Below are positions 15,163 through 22,993 of a stretch of 62,405 nucleotides of DNA, one piece after another. Each line of letters begins with the position of its first letter. Positions within the stretch are counted from its first letter, which is position 1. This DNA is from a virus: IMG/VR virus record IMGVR_UViG_3300049027_000037, positions 1 through 62,405 of that record. One strand, given 5' to 3'. The notes beneath the pieces are model-generated. The model was given only the letters and a program-made list of their open reading frames with translations, had not been told where the DNA came from and did not search any database. The position numbers were made by a program, and so were the translations under genes.

Positions 15163-15387
15163 TTACCCATACCACGCAACTACAACCTGAGCGAAATAAT
15201 CAACCAGTTCTCCACCGCCAAACTTGTTTTCATCGAAATACCATGCGTCCTCTGCCCTACGGAGCCGGCCGCAGTAGAAATTATTAACCATCAGGTGCCA
15301 GACATTGCCCCCGGCGCCGGCCACATCGTCGAGGGCGCCGGTGTAATGTGCTCCTTTCAGGATAAATGTGACGGGGATTTTGACCAT
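15163..15387 (-). CDS. hypothetical protein
   Basis: Trimmed to MVKIPVTFILKG... (ATG 15387-15385). The longer ORF would run into the divergent gene at 15424. Confidence 0.45.
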   Translation of the reverse strand: MVKIPVTFILKGAHYTGALDDVAGAGGNVWHLMVNNFYCGRLRRAEDAWYFDENKFGGGELVDYFAQVVVAWYG

Positions 15388-15423
15388 TTTGCAATGTAAA
15401 GACGAATTCCCGACCTTCGCCAC

Positions 15424-15696
15424 ATGGCAATAAAGAAAGAGTTCCGATATAAGGCTGTAAAAATACTCATAGATGAGGGGCATCTAAAGGCGTGGAAAGA
15501 TATCTTTGATACCATTCCCCCGTCTGTCGTTGCCGCTGACCTTGGATTTAATAATCTTCGTATGAAGAAGCTCGTAGCAGATCCCTCCGATTTGCGTGTA
15601 AAGGACCTGGTTAAACTCGCTAAATTATTCGACTGCGATGAAGGGGAGCTGTTTGCGTTGGTTAGTAAGGCTGCGAAGCCGGTAAAGAAGAAATGA
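15424..15696 (+). CDS. small putative DNA-binding protein next to integrase
   Basis: 90-aa basic protein. I recall this type beside Bacteroidota integrases, but no firm motif supports the call. Confidence 0.45.
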   Translation: MAIKKEFRYKAVKILIDEGHLKAWKDIFDTIPPSVVAADLGFNNLRMKKLVADPSDLRVKDLVKLAKLFDCDEGELFALVSKAAKPVKKK

Positions 15697-15744
15697 GGGC
15701 CGGGTTGATCGTGATCAAGAACTATGAAGTATTTTAGATTTCTG

Positions 15745-15774
15745 TTTGCAATTATCAAAAAGAATGTATCTTTG
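15745..15774 (+). promoter_or_regulatory. Bacteroidota-type promoter candidate (-33 TTTG / -7 TAnnTTTG)
   Basis: TTTG at 15745-15748 and TATCTTTG at 15767-15774 with an 18-nt spacer. It lies 75 nt upstream of the first plus-strand ORFan. Confidence 0.4.
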
Positions 15775-15848
15775 ATTCATCAATAACAATAACGGGTTGG
15801 CCGCCCGAAAGAAAGCCCGGAACCGCAACCGTAAATGGCGATCAGAAA

Positions 15849-16082
15849 ATGACAACTTCAACTCCAAAGAACTTAGCTTCACTAAAGTATCAAGAAAACG
15901 TATTAGAGGTAAAGACGAGCGAAACTGTTAACCAGGTAGCTGAATACTTTTTTAGGGATCTATTCAGTGATGACATTAGGCCCGTTAAGGTGAATTTCCT
16001 TTTTGAAGAAGATGGGGCAAAAGTTTATGAGGCTTATAAGGATAGCGGCTCAGTAGATTACCTATACTTAATCATAAAATAA
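15849..16082 (+). CDS. hypothetical protein
   Basis: 77-aa ORF followed directly by a strong terminator. Confidence 0.6.
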   Translation: MTTSTPKNLASLKYQENVLEVKTSETVNQVAEYFFRDLFSDDIRPVKVNFLFEEDGAKVYEAYKDSGSVDYLYLIIK

Positions 16083-16084
16083 AC

Positions 16085-16103
16085 AAGGGCTTCGGCCCTT
16101 TTT
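16085..16103 (+). terminator. rho-independent terminator
   Basis: AAGGGC-TTCG-GCCCTT followed by TTT (a T5 run overall). It ends 5 nt before the next ATG at 16108. Confidence 0.75.
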
Positions 16104-16107
16104 AGCT

Positions 16108-16335
16108 ATGAATATTAACATATGGCATATTGCCCCTCAAAGTGATTCTGAGGAACACAATGTAACATCGGAGTACCATGCAGCAGTAGATCACGATGGC
16201 AATATTTACGATGAACTGGTATGTGAATGTCGTTGCGAGCCTACTATTGTTGACGAAAATGGAAGCATGATAATTGTACACAATGCCTTTGATGGCCGTA
16301 AAAGTTGTTACTTTCAAACTCCACCAAATGGATAA
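16108..16335 (+). CDS. hypothetical protein
   Basis: 75-aa acidic ORF. Confidence 0.55.
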   Translation: MNINIWHIAPQSDSEEHNVTSEYHAAVDHDGNIYDELVCECRCEPTIVDENGSMIIVHNAFDGRKSCYFQTPPNG

Positions 16336-16639
16336 ATTTCTTTTAGCTGAAAACCCCATGCGGCCCGAGTCGGGCACCTGGGTTATACATGCAATAGACC
16401 CTGTTGCTATCATTCGCTGCACAGAGGTTAAAAAGGCAGCTGATAAGGTCAGTCAGGATTATGTATACATTAATACAAATAACGTTGCTGAACAGTGGAC
16501 GTTGTCTGTATTCTTTATTGATAAGGATATTGAAGAAAAAGAAATGTACCACCTGCTCGACCGGGCATGGCGTTGGTACCGATCTTATATGAAGTGGGAG
16601 GATAATAATATTGATACTTATGAAGAAAACGAAAACTAA
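16328..16639 (+). CDS. hypothetical protein
   Basis: Trimmed to MDKFLLAENP... (ATG 16328), overlapping the previous stop by 8 nt. Confidence 0.55.
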   Translation: MDKFLLAENPMRPESGTWVIHAIDPVAIIRCTEVKKAADKVSQDYVYINTNNVAEQWTLSVFFIDKDIEEKEMYHLLDRAWRWYRSYMKWEDNNIDTYEENEN

Positions 16640-16802
16640 CCATGGCGGATACCGGCCAGGCGCGGGCCGCCCAAAGACAAAGCCGCCTACTACAACCCTG
16701 TCCTGGCGGGTACCTGAATCTATCGCGCCAGCGTTGAAAATAAAAATTGACGCACTGATTAAGAAGGAGGTAGCGAAGATTAAACTTGACGCTGATCAAT
16801 AA
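16611..16802 (+). CDS. small basic protein with GGYRPGAGRPK motif
   Basis: The N-terminus KKTKTNHGGYRPGAGRPKTKPP resembles an AT-hook/RPGAGRP motif seen in small phage DNA-binding proteins. Confidence 0.5.
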   Translation: MILMKKTKTNHGGYRPGAGRPKTKPPTTTLSWRVPESIAPALKIKIDALIKKEVAKIKLDADQ

Positions 16803-16898
16803 GATTGCAATAGTTTGATTATTGTTTGCAGTATTCAATATTAGTCGTACATTTGATCCAGCAACGGCAATGAAGCCGGAGCGATAAAACGAAAAACG

Positions 16899-17105
16899 AT
16901 GAAAGCCGAAATATTAAAACATGAAACCGAAGCGGGCAACTATCTTTTAATACGCGCGACAGACACAGCCGATGCAGAAATTGCAGCACAAGAATTTTTG
17001 GACGAACTTCCCGATAACGACACGTATCTATATGAAGCAAAGGAAGCGGTCTTAATTCCAGAAGAAGGCCATTACAAAGTTCGATATAATGTTGTTAATA
17101 GATAA
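16899..17105 (+). CDS. hypothetical acidic protein
   Basis: 68-aa ORF. Confidence 0.5.
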   Translation: MKAEILKHETEAGNYLLIRATDTADAEIAAQEFLDELPDNDTYLYEAKEAVLIPEEGHYKVRYNVVNR

Positions 17106-17158
17106 TCACACCAGGCCGGGCAACCGGCTACGGAATTAACCCGCTAAATCTACACACC

Positions 17159-17563
17159 ATGTTCATCGCTCGCAAATCAAATCACATCAACGAAGACATC
17201 GCTCGTAACTGGTCAAGCTGGAATTTTGGCGAGGGTGGCTTCCATGGTACTTATGAAGAGTTGCAGGCAGAATTAGCAACTGTTACAGACAGCAGTTGTG
17301 TATTTATCAGCGGGGTTGAGATCTATGCGGATGCGGTGAAAGGCTTCGAGTTCGGCGAATTATACCCTGGTTACTGGGTAGCGATCGATCGCACGAACGC
17401 GGCGTTCGGTATATCAGGAATAGAATTGGATGCTGAGGATTTACAGGAAGCGATTGCAGAAGCTACGAACCGCACTGACTACTTCGGTCAAGGCATTTGC
17501 TTCGATGCCCGCAAAGCGACCCTGGTGCACTCTGACGATGACATTCATATTTTTGAATTATAA
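17159..17563 (+). CDS. hypothetical acidic protein
   Basis: 134-aa ORF rich in Asp/Glu. Confidence 0.6.
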   Translation: MFIARKSNHINEDIARNWSSWNFGEGGFHGTYEELQAELATVTDSSCVFISGVEIYADAVKGFEFGELYPGYWVAIDRTNAAFGISGIELDAEDLQEAIAEATNRTDYFGQGICFDARKATLVHSDDDIHIFEL

Positions 17564-17581
17564 AAACTAAAACTCACCACC

Positions 17582-17788
17582 ATGGAAAATCTAACCTACG
17601 ACATTCATTTCGACAATAACGATAACTCTAATAGCAACGGCTTCAAGTCGTCTATTCGGGAATGTAAAGATTATATCAGCCAGCACAACGGCACTGATAA
17701 AAGCTACTTTGCTGATTACAAAGGCGGTGTCGTTTCGATCATTTGCAATGAGACGGGCGAGACTGTACATTCAGAAGAAGTAAAATAA
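17582..17788 (+). CDS. hypothetical protein
   Basis: 68-aa ORF. Confidence 0.5.
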   Translation: MENLTYDIHFDNNDNSNSNGFKSSIRECKDYISQHNGTDKSYFADYKGGVVSIICNETGETVHSEEVK

Positions 17789-17818
17789 TTAATAACACCC
17801 GGAAGGAGCCGGGATAGT

Positions 17819-18040
17819 ATGAACGAATTAATTTCTACATTAAAATACTTTGAGGGTCGTAATAATATATCTGCAAGTGTAATAGTTAATTCTGACGGCT
17901 CGTTTGGATTACAAGAATTTTGGTCAGAAGAAAGCTTAGGTAGCTTTGGTTCTATTGAAGAATTATTAAAGTTCCTGACAGATACTCAGTATGCATTAGA
18001 CGAAAAAGGCATCTGCATTAAACCTTGTCAAATCAAATAA
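17819..18040 (+). CDS. hypothetical protein
   Basis: 73-aa ORF preceded by the hairpin CCCGG-AAGGAG-CCGGG (17798-17813). Confidence 0.55.
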   Translation: MNELISTLKYFEGRNNISASVIVNSDGSFGLQEFWSEESLGSFGSIEELLKFLTDTQYALDEKGICIKPCQIK

Positions 18041-18073
18041 CCCCCGCCCGCCGAGGTAACGGCGTGAAAGAAG

Positions 18074-18286
18074 ATGATACCACAAGAACACCAATTCAAA
18101 TGCAACACCTGTGGAAAGATACTCGACATGCGGGATCTCGGGCAAATGTTGTCGCATGGCAACAACAATGAAACGTTAGGCATATATGAATGCAAAGAGG
18201 AAAAAGATATACCATACACCAGTTCAAAGAAGGTTGGCGAACCCGTAGCGTGGACTAAGGATAAAAAACGGATTGATTTAAACTAA
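18074..18286 (+). CDS. hypothetical protein (one CxxC pair)
   Basis: 70-aa ORF preceded by the hairpin CGCCG-AGGTAA-CGGCG (18049-18064). Confidence 0.5.
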   Translation: MIPQEHQFKCNTCGKILDMRDLGQMLSHGNNNETLGIYECKEEKDIPYTSSKKVGEPVAWTKDKKRIDLN

Positions 18287-18314
18287 CCAATAACCCGCAC
18301 GGAGGCGGTAATGT

Positions 18315-18596
18315 ATGAACGAATCAGAATATTACAATAGTAAAACTGAACTCGATCGCATTCACGGCGATCGTCAGCACGAAATGAGGATGGCAATTCT
18401 CACAGAGCAATTCGAATATAATTTGTTCTCGATGTTGAAACCTCGCGTATTCATGGACGGGGATAAGTGGTGTGTGCTGTACGGTGATAATATAACAGAG
18501 GGCATAGCCGGATTCGGTGATAGTCCGTTCGATGCCGTGATAGACTTTAATAGTGCGTGGAATAAAAAGATACCTAAGGGAGGCGGGCAAGGATGA
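18315..18596 (+). CDS. hypothetical protein (DGDKWCVLYG...GFGDSPFDA motif)
   Basis: 93-aa ORF. From memory the motif resembles a widespread small phage protein family of unknown function. It is preceded by the hairpin CCGC-ACGGAG-GCGG (18295-18308). Confidence 0.55.
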   Translation: MNESEYYNSKTELDRIHGDRQHEMRMAILTEQFEYNLFSMLKPRVFMDGDKWCVLYGDNITEGIAGFGDSPFDAVIDFNSAWNKKIPKGGGQG

Positions 18597-18880
18597 CAAA
18601 AGAAGAATTAAAGAAAAGGCAATTGAAACTTTATAATGATTACCAGCAAAAGCTGAGAGAATTAAATGCCTTATATGCGATTGACAATAATCCGTATACA
18701 GTTGGCCAATTATTTCGCGATCATATAGGCGTCATTAAAATAGAAAAGATAGATGTTTCTGCTGATCATCAGGGTATGCCGTGCTGCGTATATGAAGGCC
18801 TTGAAATGAAATTAGATGGTACGCCAAAGAAAAGGCATGCTGTTCGGGGTGCATTCCAGTGTAACGAATATAAACAATGA
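18593..18880 (+). CDS. hypothetical protein
   Basis: 95-aa ORF with a 4-nt overlap onto the upstream gene. Confidence 0.55.
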   Translation: MTKEELKKRQLKLYNDYQQKLRELNALYAIDNNPYTVGQLFRDHIGVIKIEKIDVSADHQGMPCCVYEGLEMKLDGTPKKRHAVRGAFQCNEYKQ

Positions 18881-19059
18881 AGCCCCGACACTCGCCGGGG
18901 CACCTCCTACCCTGTTATAAAAAAGAGTTTATGAATGAAGTAAAGATAATCGATTATACATTCGCTATCGCGTGGTACCTCAAGGATAAGAACTGTATGG
19001 TGTTCGTATTTGAGGTAGATATGCAGCCGGTTGAAATTATTGTTCGGTCGTTGAATTAA
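18877..19059 (+). CDS. hypothetical protein
   Basis: 60-aa ORF. The first 18 codons cover a GC hairpin (GCCCCG..CGGGGC, 18881-18900), so the true start may be ATG 18931 (MNEVKII..., 42 aa). Confidence 0.4.
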   Translation: MKPRHSPGHLLPCYKKEFMNEVKIIDYTFAIAWYLKDKNCMVFVFEVDMQPVEIIVRSLN

Positions 19060-19076
19060 GCACCATCTACCTGGGA

Positions 19077-19454
19077 TCACCACCTCGCCTTAGTCCCTCT
19101 CACGTCATAATGTAAAAATCCCGGGTAGATCCCGATGCCGCCCTGCTTCATCTTTCTCTCTGCAATCAGCTTCTCAATTATTGCGGCCAATTGTTTAGGG
19201 GTTTTACTTTTGCACGTAAGATCACCTGCCATCGCTTTCAAATGATAACTCCCTTTCTTACCTCCTACTTTTGCGTTGTACGCAGGTGTACGGTAACCGC
19301 TATTTATGTGAATGGGTTCACCCAGGTAATCGCGTAGTACTTGCAGGTTCTTCGCTAATAGCTCTACGTTAGGGATTAAATCAGCTGGCACAGCCGTACC
19401 GTCTTTACATGCGAACTCTGAGAGATCGAAATTCGTTGTTAGTTGCTTGTTCAT
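19077..19454 (-). CDS. peptidase M15-family endolysin
   Basis: SGYRTPAYNAKVGG, SYHLKAMAGD and FLHYDVR provide the Zn-binding H/D/H pattern of M15 (VanY/YcbK-like) cell-wall peptidases. Confidence 0.8.
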   Translation of the reverse strand: MNKQLTTNFDLSEFACKDGTAVPADLIPNVELLAKNLQVLRDYLGEPIHINSGYRTPAYNAKVGGKKGSYHLKAMAGDLTCKSKTPKQLAAIIEKLIAERKMKQGGIGIYPGFLHYDVRGTKARW

Positions 19455-19951
19455 ACTTTTTTAAGTTCAATAGTTACATCATGATTACATATTGAAGTCC
19501 CACCGAAGTAGGGCCAAAGCCCATACTTAAATTTCCTCCTATGATAATGCTCAACGAACACCACCCCCAACTGCTTCAGCGTGCCGGCCTCGTACACATC
19601 GAAGTAGTAAGAATTAGCTAACACCTGTAGCTTTATTCTGTACTCTTTGCCTATCTCGCAGAAACAGATGTGTTTGATTTCGCGCCGGCCATCAACGTAG
19701 CAGTAGGCTGAAAGCTCAATCTCGCCGCGATCTGTCCAGTATCGCCAGCCGAAGCGGGCCGAGTTCTTATGATGATGAGGCAGATAACCGATACCAACGA
19801 GCTTGTTAGTGTCGTACTGATCATCGGTGCCGAGATCATACCGGCAACTTTCATCGAACTTCACAGTCCTGGAGAACGCAGTTTTGCGCCACCAGATACC
19901 GAGGCGCCAAGGGCGGGAATAGTGTTTACCCGAGGGGATGCGGAAGGTCAT
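19451..19951 (-). CDS. hypothetical protein in lysis cassette
   Basis: 166-aa ORF coupled by 4-nt overlaps to the membrane protein upstream and the endolysin downstream. Confidence 0.6.
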   Translation of the reverse strand: MTFRIPSGKHYSRPWRLGIWWRKTAFSRTVKFDESCRYDLGTDDQYDTNKLVGIGYLPHHHKNSARFGWRYWTDRGEIELSAYCYVDGRREIKHICFCEIGKEYRIKLQVLANSYYFDVYEAGTLKQLGVVFVEHYHRRKFKYGLWPYFGGTSICNHDVTIELKKV

Positions 19952-20256
19952 AACCCCTGATCAATATTATTCATCAAACCGGTTGACCAGGCGGCAGCCC
20001 ATATGCACGATATCGCAGCGATCACCACAGCAGCCCAGCGCAGGCCGTCTTTGTTGGGATCGTCAGCGTTGTTGTATGCCTTGACCGACACCCACGCAAA
20101 CAGCAGTGCAAGCAACACATCAATAACCGCGAATACTGGCCGGCTGTAATTCATGAGCAAGTACTTCGCCCACGCGAAATGAAATATAAGAATACCCACA
20201 GTGCAAGCAGTTACAAGGAAAGCCACAGATCCTTTGTCAGATTTTGAATTTGCCAT
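19948..20256 (-). CDS. holin candidate (3 TM helices)
   Basis: 102 aa with three hydrophobic helices, lying upstream of the endolysin. Confidence 0.45.
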   Translation of the reverse strand: MANSKSDKGSVAFLVTACTVGILIFHFAWAKYLLMNYSRPVFAVIDVLLALLFAWVSVKAYNNADDPNKDGLRWAAVVIAAISCIWAAAWSTGLMNNIDQGL

Positions 20257-20304
20257 AAAAATGTTTTTGATTAACTTAGTAGTCCAATAGTTAATTTCTC
20301 TAAG

Positions 20305-20333
20305 GCTCGCCTTTGCATCGGTGGGCTTTTTTT
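20305..20333 (+). terminator. plus-strand-oriented rho-independent terminator inside the minus-strand late operon
   Basis: GCTCGCC (20305-20311) pairs with GGTGGGC (20320-20326), 7 bp including 2 G-U pairs, followed by T7 (20327-20333) on the plus strand only. Confidence 0.5.
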
Positions 20334-20347
20334 ATTTCAAAGAGTAT

Positions 20348-20662
20348 TTAAGCAGAATGCTTCCCCTCAACCCCACGTTTGACGCGATCTTTAGTTCTTT
20401 TTTCCAACCACATTAACCCTTCCTCCAAATGCGTAATACAACATGCGTTTTCTTTGCATGGAAATTTGGATTGCAGGTATTTCATTCGGTCGATAAGTAC
20501 ATCTAACAACTCCTCGTTAGTAGTCCCATCCGAAATAGTCACAAGTATTGTGTCGTCTTCGGCGGCTGGCTCCTTTTGGATAAATTGAATTGTCTGTCCA
20601 GGTTGTTCTTTGTTTTCAAAATTGGCCAATTCGTATTTATGGCCCTGAGTTAATACTTTCAT
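20348..20662 (-). CDS. hypothetical protein
   Basis: 104-aa ORF. The DGTTNEELLDVLIDRMKYLQ...RVKRGVEG pattern recalls a conserved phage family of unknown function. Confidence 0.6.
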   Translation of the reverse strand: MKVLTQGHKYELANFENKEQPGQTIQFIQKEPAAEDDTILVTISDGTTNEELLDVLIDRMKYLQSKFPCKENACCITHLEEGLMWLEKRTKDRVKRGVEGKHSA

Positions 20663-20703
20663 TTGATTTCACCGTTAACCTCTACACGGCAGGTTTTAAA
20701 TAT

Positions 20704-21342
20704 TTATTTCAATACCGCAGCCGCCCCGCCAACCAGCGCGAGTATAGCAGCGATCTTTGTTTTTAAACGTTCCCTCCTAACTGATTTCTGTGCTTTCGCA
20801 TAATCAGCGAACAATGCCTTATACGCTTCCAGCAGCTCGTTATGCTGTCGCTTCAATTCATCGTACAGCTTCCTCAGTTCTTCCAGCGCTTTCACATAAT
20901 CATCCCCCTGGCTATTCATCTTAGCCTCTAGGCTGTCACTGTAACTTTTGTATCGCTCGTATAAGTATGCAAAACTCTGCGCCTGTTCGGCAAGACTATC
21001 GCACTTGTGAGCAAACGCGGACGTATCGCCCTTGCGCAGCTCCTTAACCTCTTTAGCCAGCCTAACGGACGCGGCGGCGTACTTATCTGCCTCCTTTTGT
21101 GTAGCCTTCTTTTCAGCTCGTAGCGCGGCTATAGCACTATCCTTTGACCGGCCAGCGGTTTCAAGGCTGTCAGCCCTGCGAATGATAGAATCTTCACGGC
21201 GTTGAAATGCTTTGTTGTCCGCAACGACTTTGTTATAGTCGGCAGTGTGGCTGTCGGTTGGTTTTGGTTCGTGGAGTAAGAAGTACAGCAGAACTGCAGC
21301 TACGACAATAAGGCCGCCGACGATCCAATACATTTTGTTCAT
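20704..21342 (-). CDS. coiled-coil protein with N- and C-terminal TM helices
   Basis: An N-terminal TM (WIVGGLIVVAAVLLYFLL), a long coiled coil, and a C-terminal TM (IAAILALVGGAAAVL). It may span the envelope. Confidence 0.6.
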   Translation of the reverse strand: MNKMYWIVGGLIVVAAVLLYFLLHEPKPTDSHTADYNKVVADNKAFQRREDSIIRRADSLETAGRSKDSAIAALRAEKKATQKEADKYAAASVRLAKEVKELRKGDTSAFAHKCDSLAEQAQSFAYLYERYKSYSDSLEAKMNSQGDDYVKALEELRKLYDELKRQHNELLEAYKALFADYAKAQKSVRRERLKTKIAAILALVGGAAAVLK

Positions 21343-21383
21343 GGTATAGGGAATCCCCGACTTACGGGCCGGGGATCTTTTAA

Positions 21384-21707
21384 TTACGCGTTTGGGTCGG
21401 TCGTCTCGTCGGGCACCGGGTTTTCTACATTGCCACCAATGCCTTCCAGCTTTGTTGCAGCCGCTTCTAGCTTGGCCAGCACCTCAGATTCCAGTTCTGC
21501 GGGTAATCCAGCGCCTGCAATCTGGTCTTTCAGGGCTTGCAGCTCTTGTGCGGTCTTTGTTGTAGCCGCGTCGATACGGGAAAGCGCACTCTCGAATTGT
21601 TCAATAGTTGCCATAATTGTTTCAATTTTTGAATTAATAGATTTGATTTCGGTAAACAGTTTTTCGTCACCATGCTGGTGATGGTGTACGTGGATGTGTA
21701 TTTCCAT
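21384..21707 (-). CDS. His-rich coiled-coil protein
   Basis: N-terminus MEIHIHVHHHQHGD followed by a coiled coil. Confidence 0.55.
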   Translation of the reverse strand: MEIHIHVHHHQHGDEKLFTEIKSINSKIETIMATIEQFESALSRIDAATTKTAQELQALKDQIAGAGLPAELESEVLAKLEAAATKLEGIGGNVENPVPDETTDPNA

Positions 21708-21709
21708 AA

Positions 21710-22009
21710 TTATTCTTTTATTGGTGGATTATTCACATCAGTTATTTTGTCCTGCTCGTTTGGCGGCAGGTTCGATACATAGTTGTCTTCCGTATCCACC
21801 AGCATCATACCAATGAACTTTATAACAGCGGTAAGGCCGGTATTCACAATGAGGTTTATTTTTAACGCTAATGCTTCATCAGCAAAACCCCAACTTTGAA
21901 TGATAACAGTAGCAGCCGGGATCAGCATTAATAACATGCCTCTTTCTAAGTTTCTCCACCACCTTGGCGATGGTCTAGTTGCGCCCTGTGAACTGATTAT
22001 AGTTGGCAT
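21710..22009 (-). CDS. membrane protein (2 TM)
   Basis: 99-aa ORF with two hydrophobic helices. Confidence 0.5.
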   Translation of the reverse strand: MPTIISSQGATRPSPRWWRNLERGMLLMLIPAATVIIQSWGFADEALALKINLIVNTGLTAVIKFIGMMLVDTEDNYVSNLPPNEQDKITDVNNPPIKE

Positions 22010-22010
22010 A

Positions 22011-22202
22011 TTATGGGGTTTTAGTTTTTCGATCTTTCAAAAATCTGTAAACATTATAACCACCGGTTGTTAACCCTGCGAATATTGCAGCTATTGCCGC
22101 AAGATCACTGAGCGCAAAACGGGCTATAAAAAATAATACGGTTGTAACAATTGTCATATATACATTGCCGATGCCAGTGTCGTGCATGTGTGTATGTTTC
22201 AT
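22011..22202 (-). CDS. small membrane protein (holin-like, 2 TM, basic C-terminus)
   Basis: 63 aa with two TM helices and a KDRKTKTP tail. Confidence 0.45.
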   Translation of the reverse strand: MKHTHMHDTGIGNVYMTIVTTVLFFIARFALSDLAAIAAIFAGLTTGGYNVYRFLKDRKTKTP

Positions 22203-22270
22203 ATTGCCCTCGTTTTAAAAACTACAAATCGGGCAGGGTTTAATAATTGTCATAGGGTAAGGTATAATGA

Positions 22271-22951
22271 TTAACGCGTTGGCGCCATTTCCTCATAGGT
22301 TGCCTTCTCATTCCCCATCTTTATTTCATCAAAGTATAGCACGCGCTTAGTGCTCTTTGTTTTCGCGGTGCCGTTCCAGGTACTTTTATAAATACCGAGC
22401 TTCCAGCTAGGATTTTTTATGTCGCCGGTCATCCTGTACATGTTAGCGCCCTTATGAGTGAAAATTAATTTGCCGTTCCTCCATATCTCTACCAGACCGG
22501 TGGACCCTGACGAGTGTTTAACATGAATTACATACGCCTGCCAGGTGTCTTTAACAATAGTTCCTAATGATTTCCACACGCCCAGTATCCTGATGTACAA
22601 AATATCATTGCGAGTGCGTAGACACAAGGCCGGTGTTTTACCGCCGCCTTGGTGCCACTGGCTTATAACTTCATCCGCATCATCTTTTGCATAGCCGTCG
22701 CGTGGGAAGTATATTGCGAATGAATACCAGCGGGTGAGGTTGGTTGCTTCAGGGAAAACAATCTCTGACCTGGTGCCACTTTGCACCTCAGGGTCGGTGT
22801 CGCGGAGTTCGAACCGGGCGGACTGGGTACCGCTATAATATTTATCTTTCGCTAACGTTATGCCGTATGTGGTCGCCGTTTGCTTTTTTGCGTATTTTGC
22901 AAATAGCGCGGTGCCGTCGAACGACTCACTGTAAAGAATATTCTTGCTCAT
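22271..22951 (-). CDS. polysaccharide-lyase-like (Polysacc_lyase/PL20-type jelly-roll) protein, paralogue 1
   Basis: SARFELRDTDPEVQSGTRSEIVF, RWYSFAIYFP, ISQWHQGGG..PALCLR and WKLGIYKSTWNG. It has no signal peptide and is clearly paralogous to 22994-23749. Confidence 0.45.
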   Translation of the reverse strand: MSKNILYSESFDGTALFAKYAKKQTATTYGITLAKDKYYSGTQSARFELRDTDPEVQSGTRSEIVFPEATNLTRWYSFAIYFPRDGYAKDDADEVISQWHQGGGKTPALCLRTRNDILYIRILGVWKSLGTIVKDTWQAYVIHVKHSSGSTGLVEIWRNGKLIFTHKGANMYRMTGDIKNPSWKLGIYKSTWNGTAKTKSTKRVLYFDEIKMGNEKATYEEMAPTR

Positions 22952-22993
22952 TAATTTTTTGTTGTGGCTTTCGCCGGTTTGGAATGCATAGGA

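Noticed and set aside
15357-15758. 133-aa minus-strand ORF and other antisense ORFs in the plus-strand cluster (16102-16422, 16343-16552, 16515-16838, 16819-17040, 18028-18219, 18324-18599).
   Set aside because: They are antisense to compact, start/stop-coupled plus-strand genes, and their translations are hydrophobic or low-complexity.
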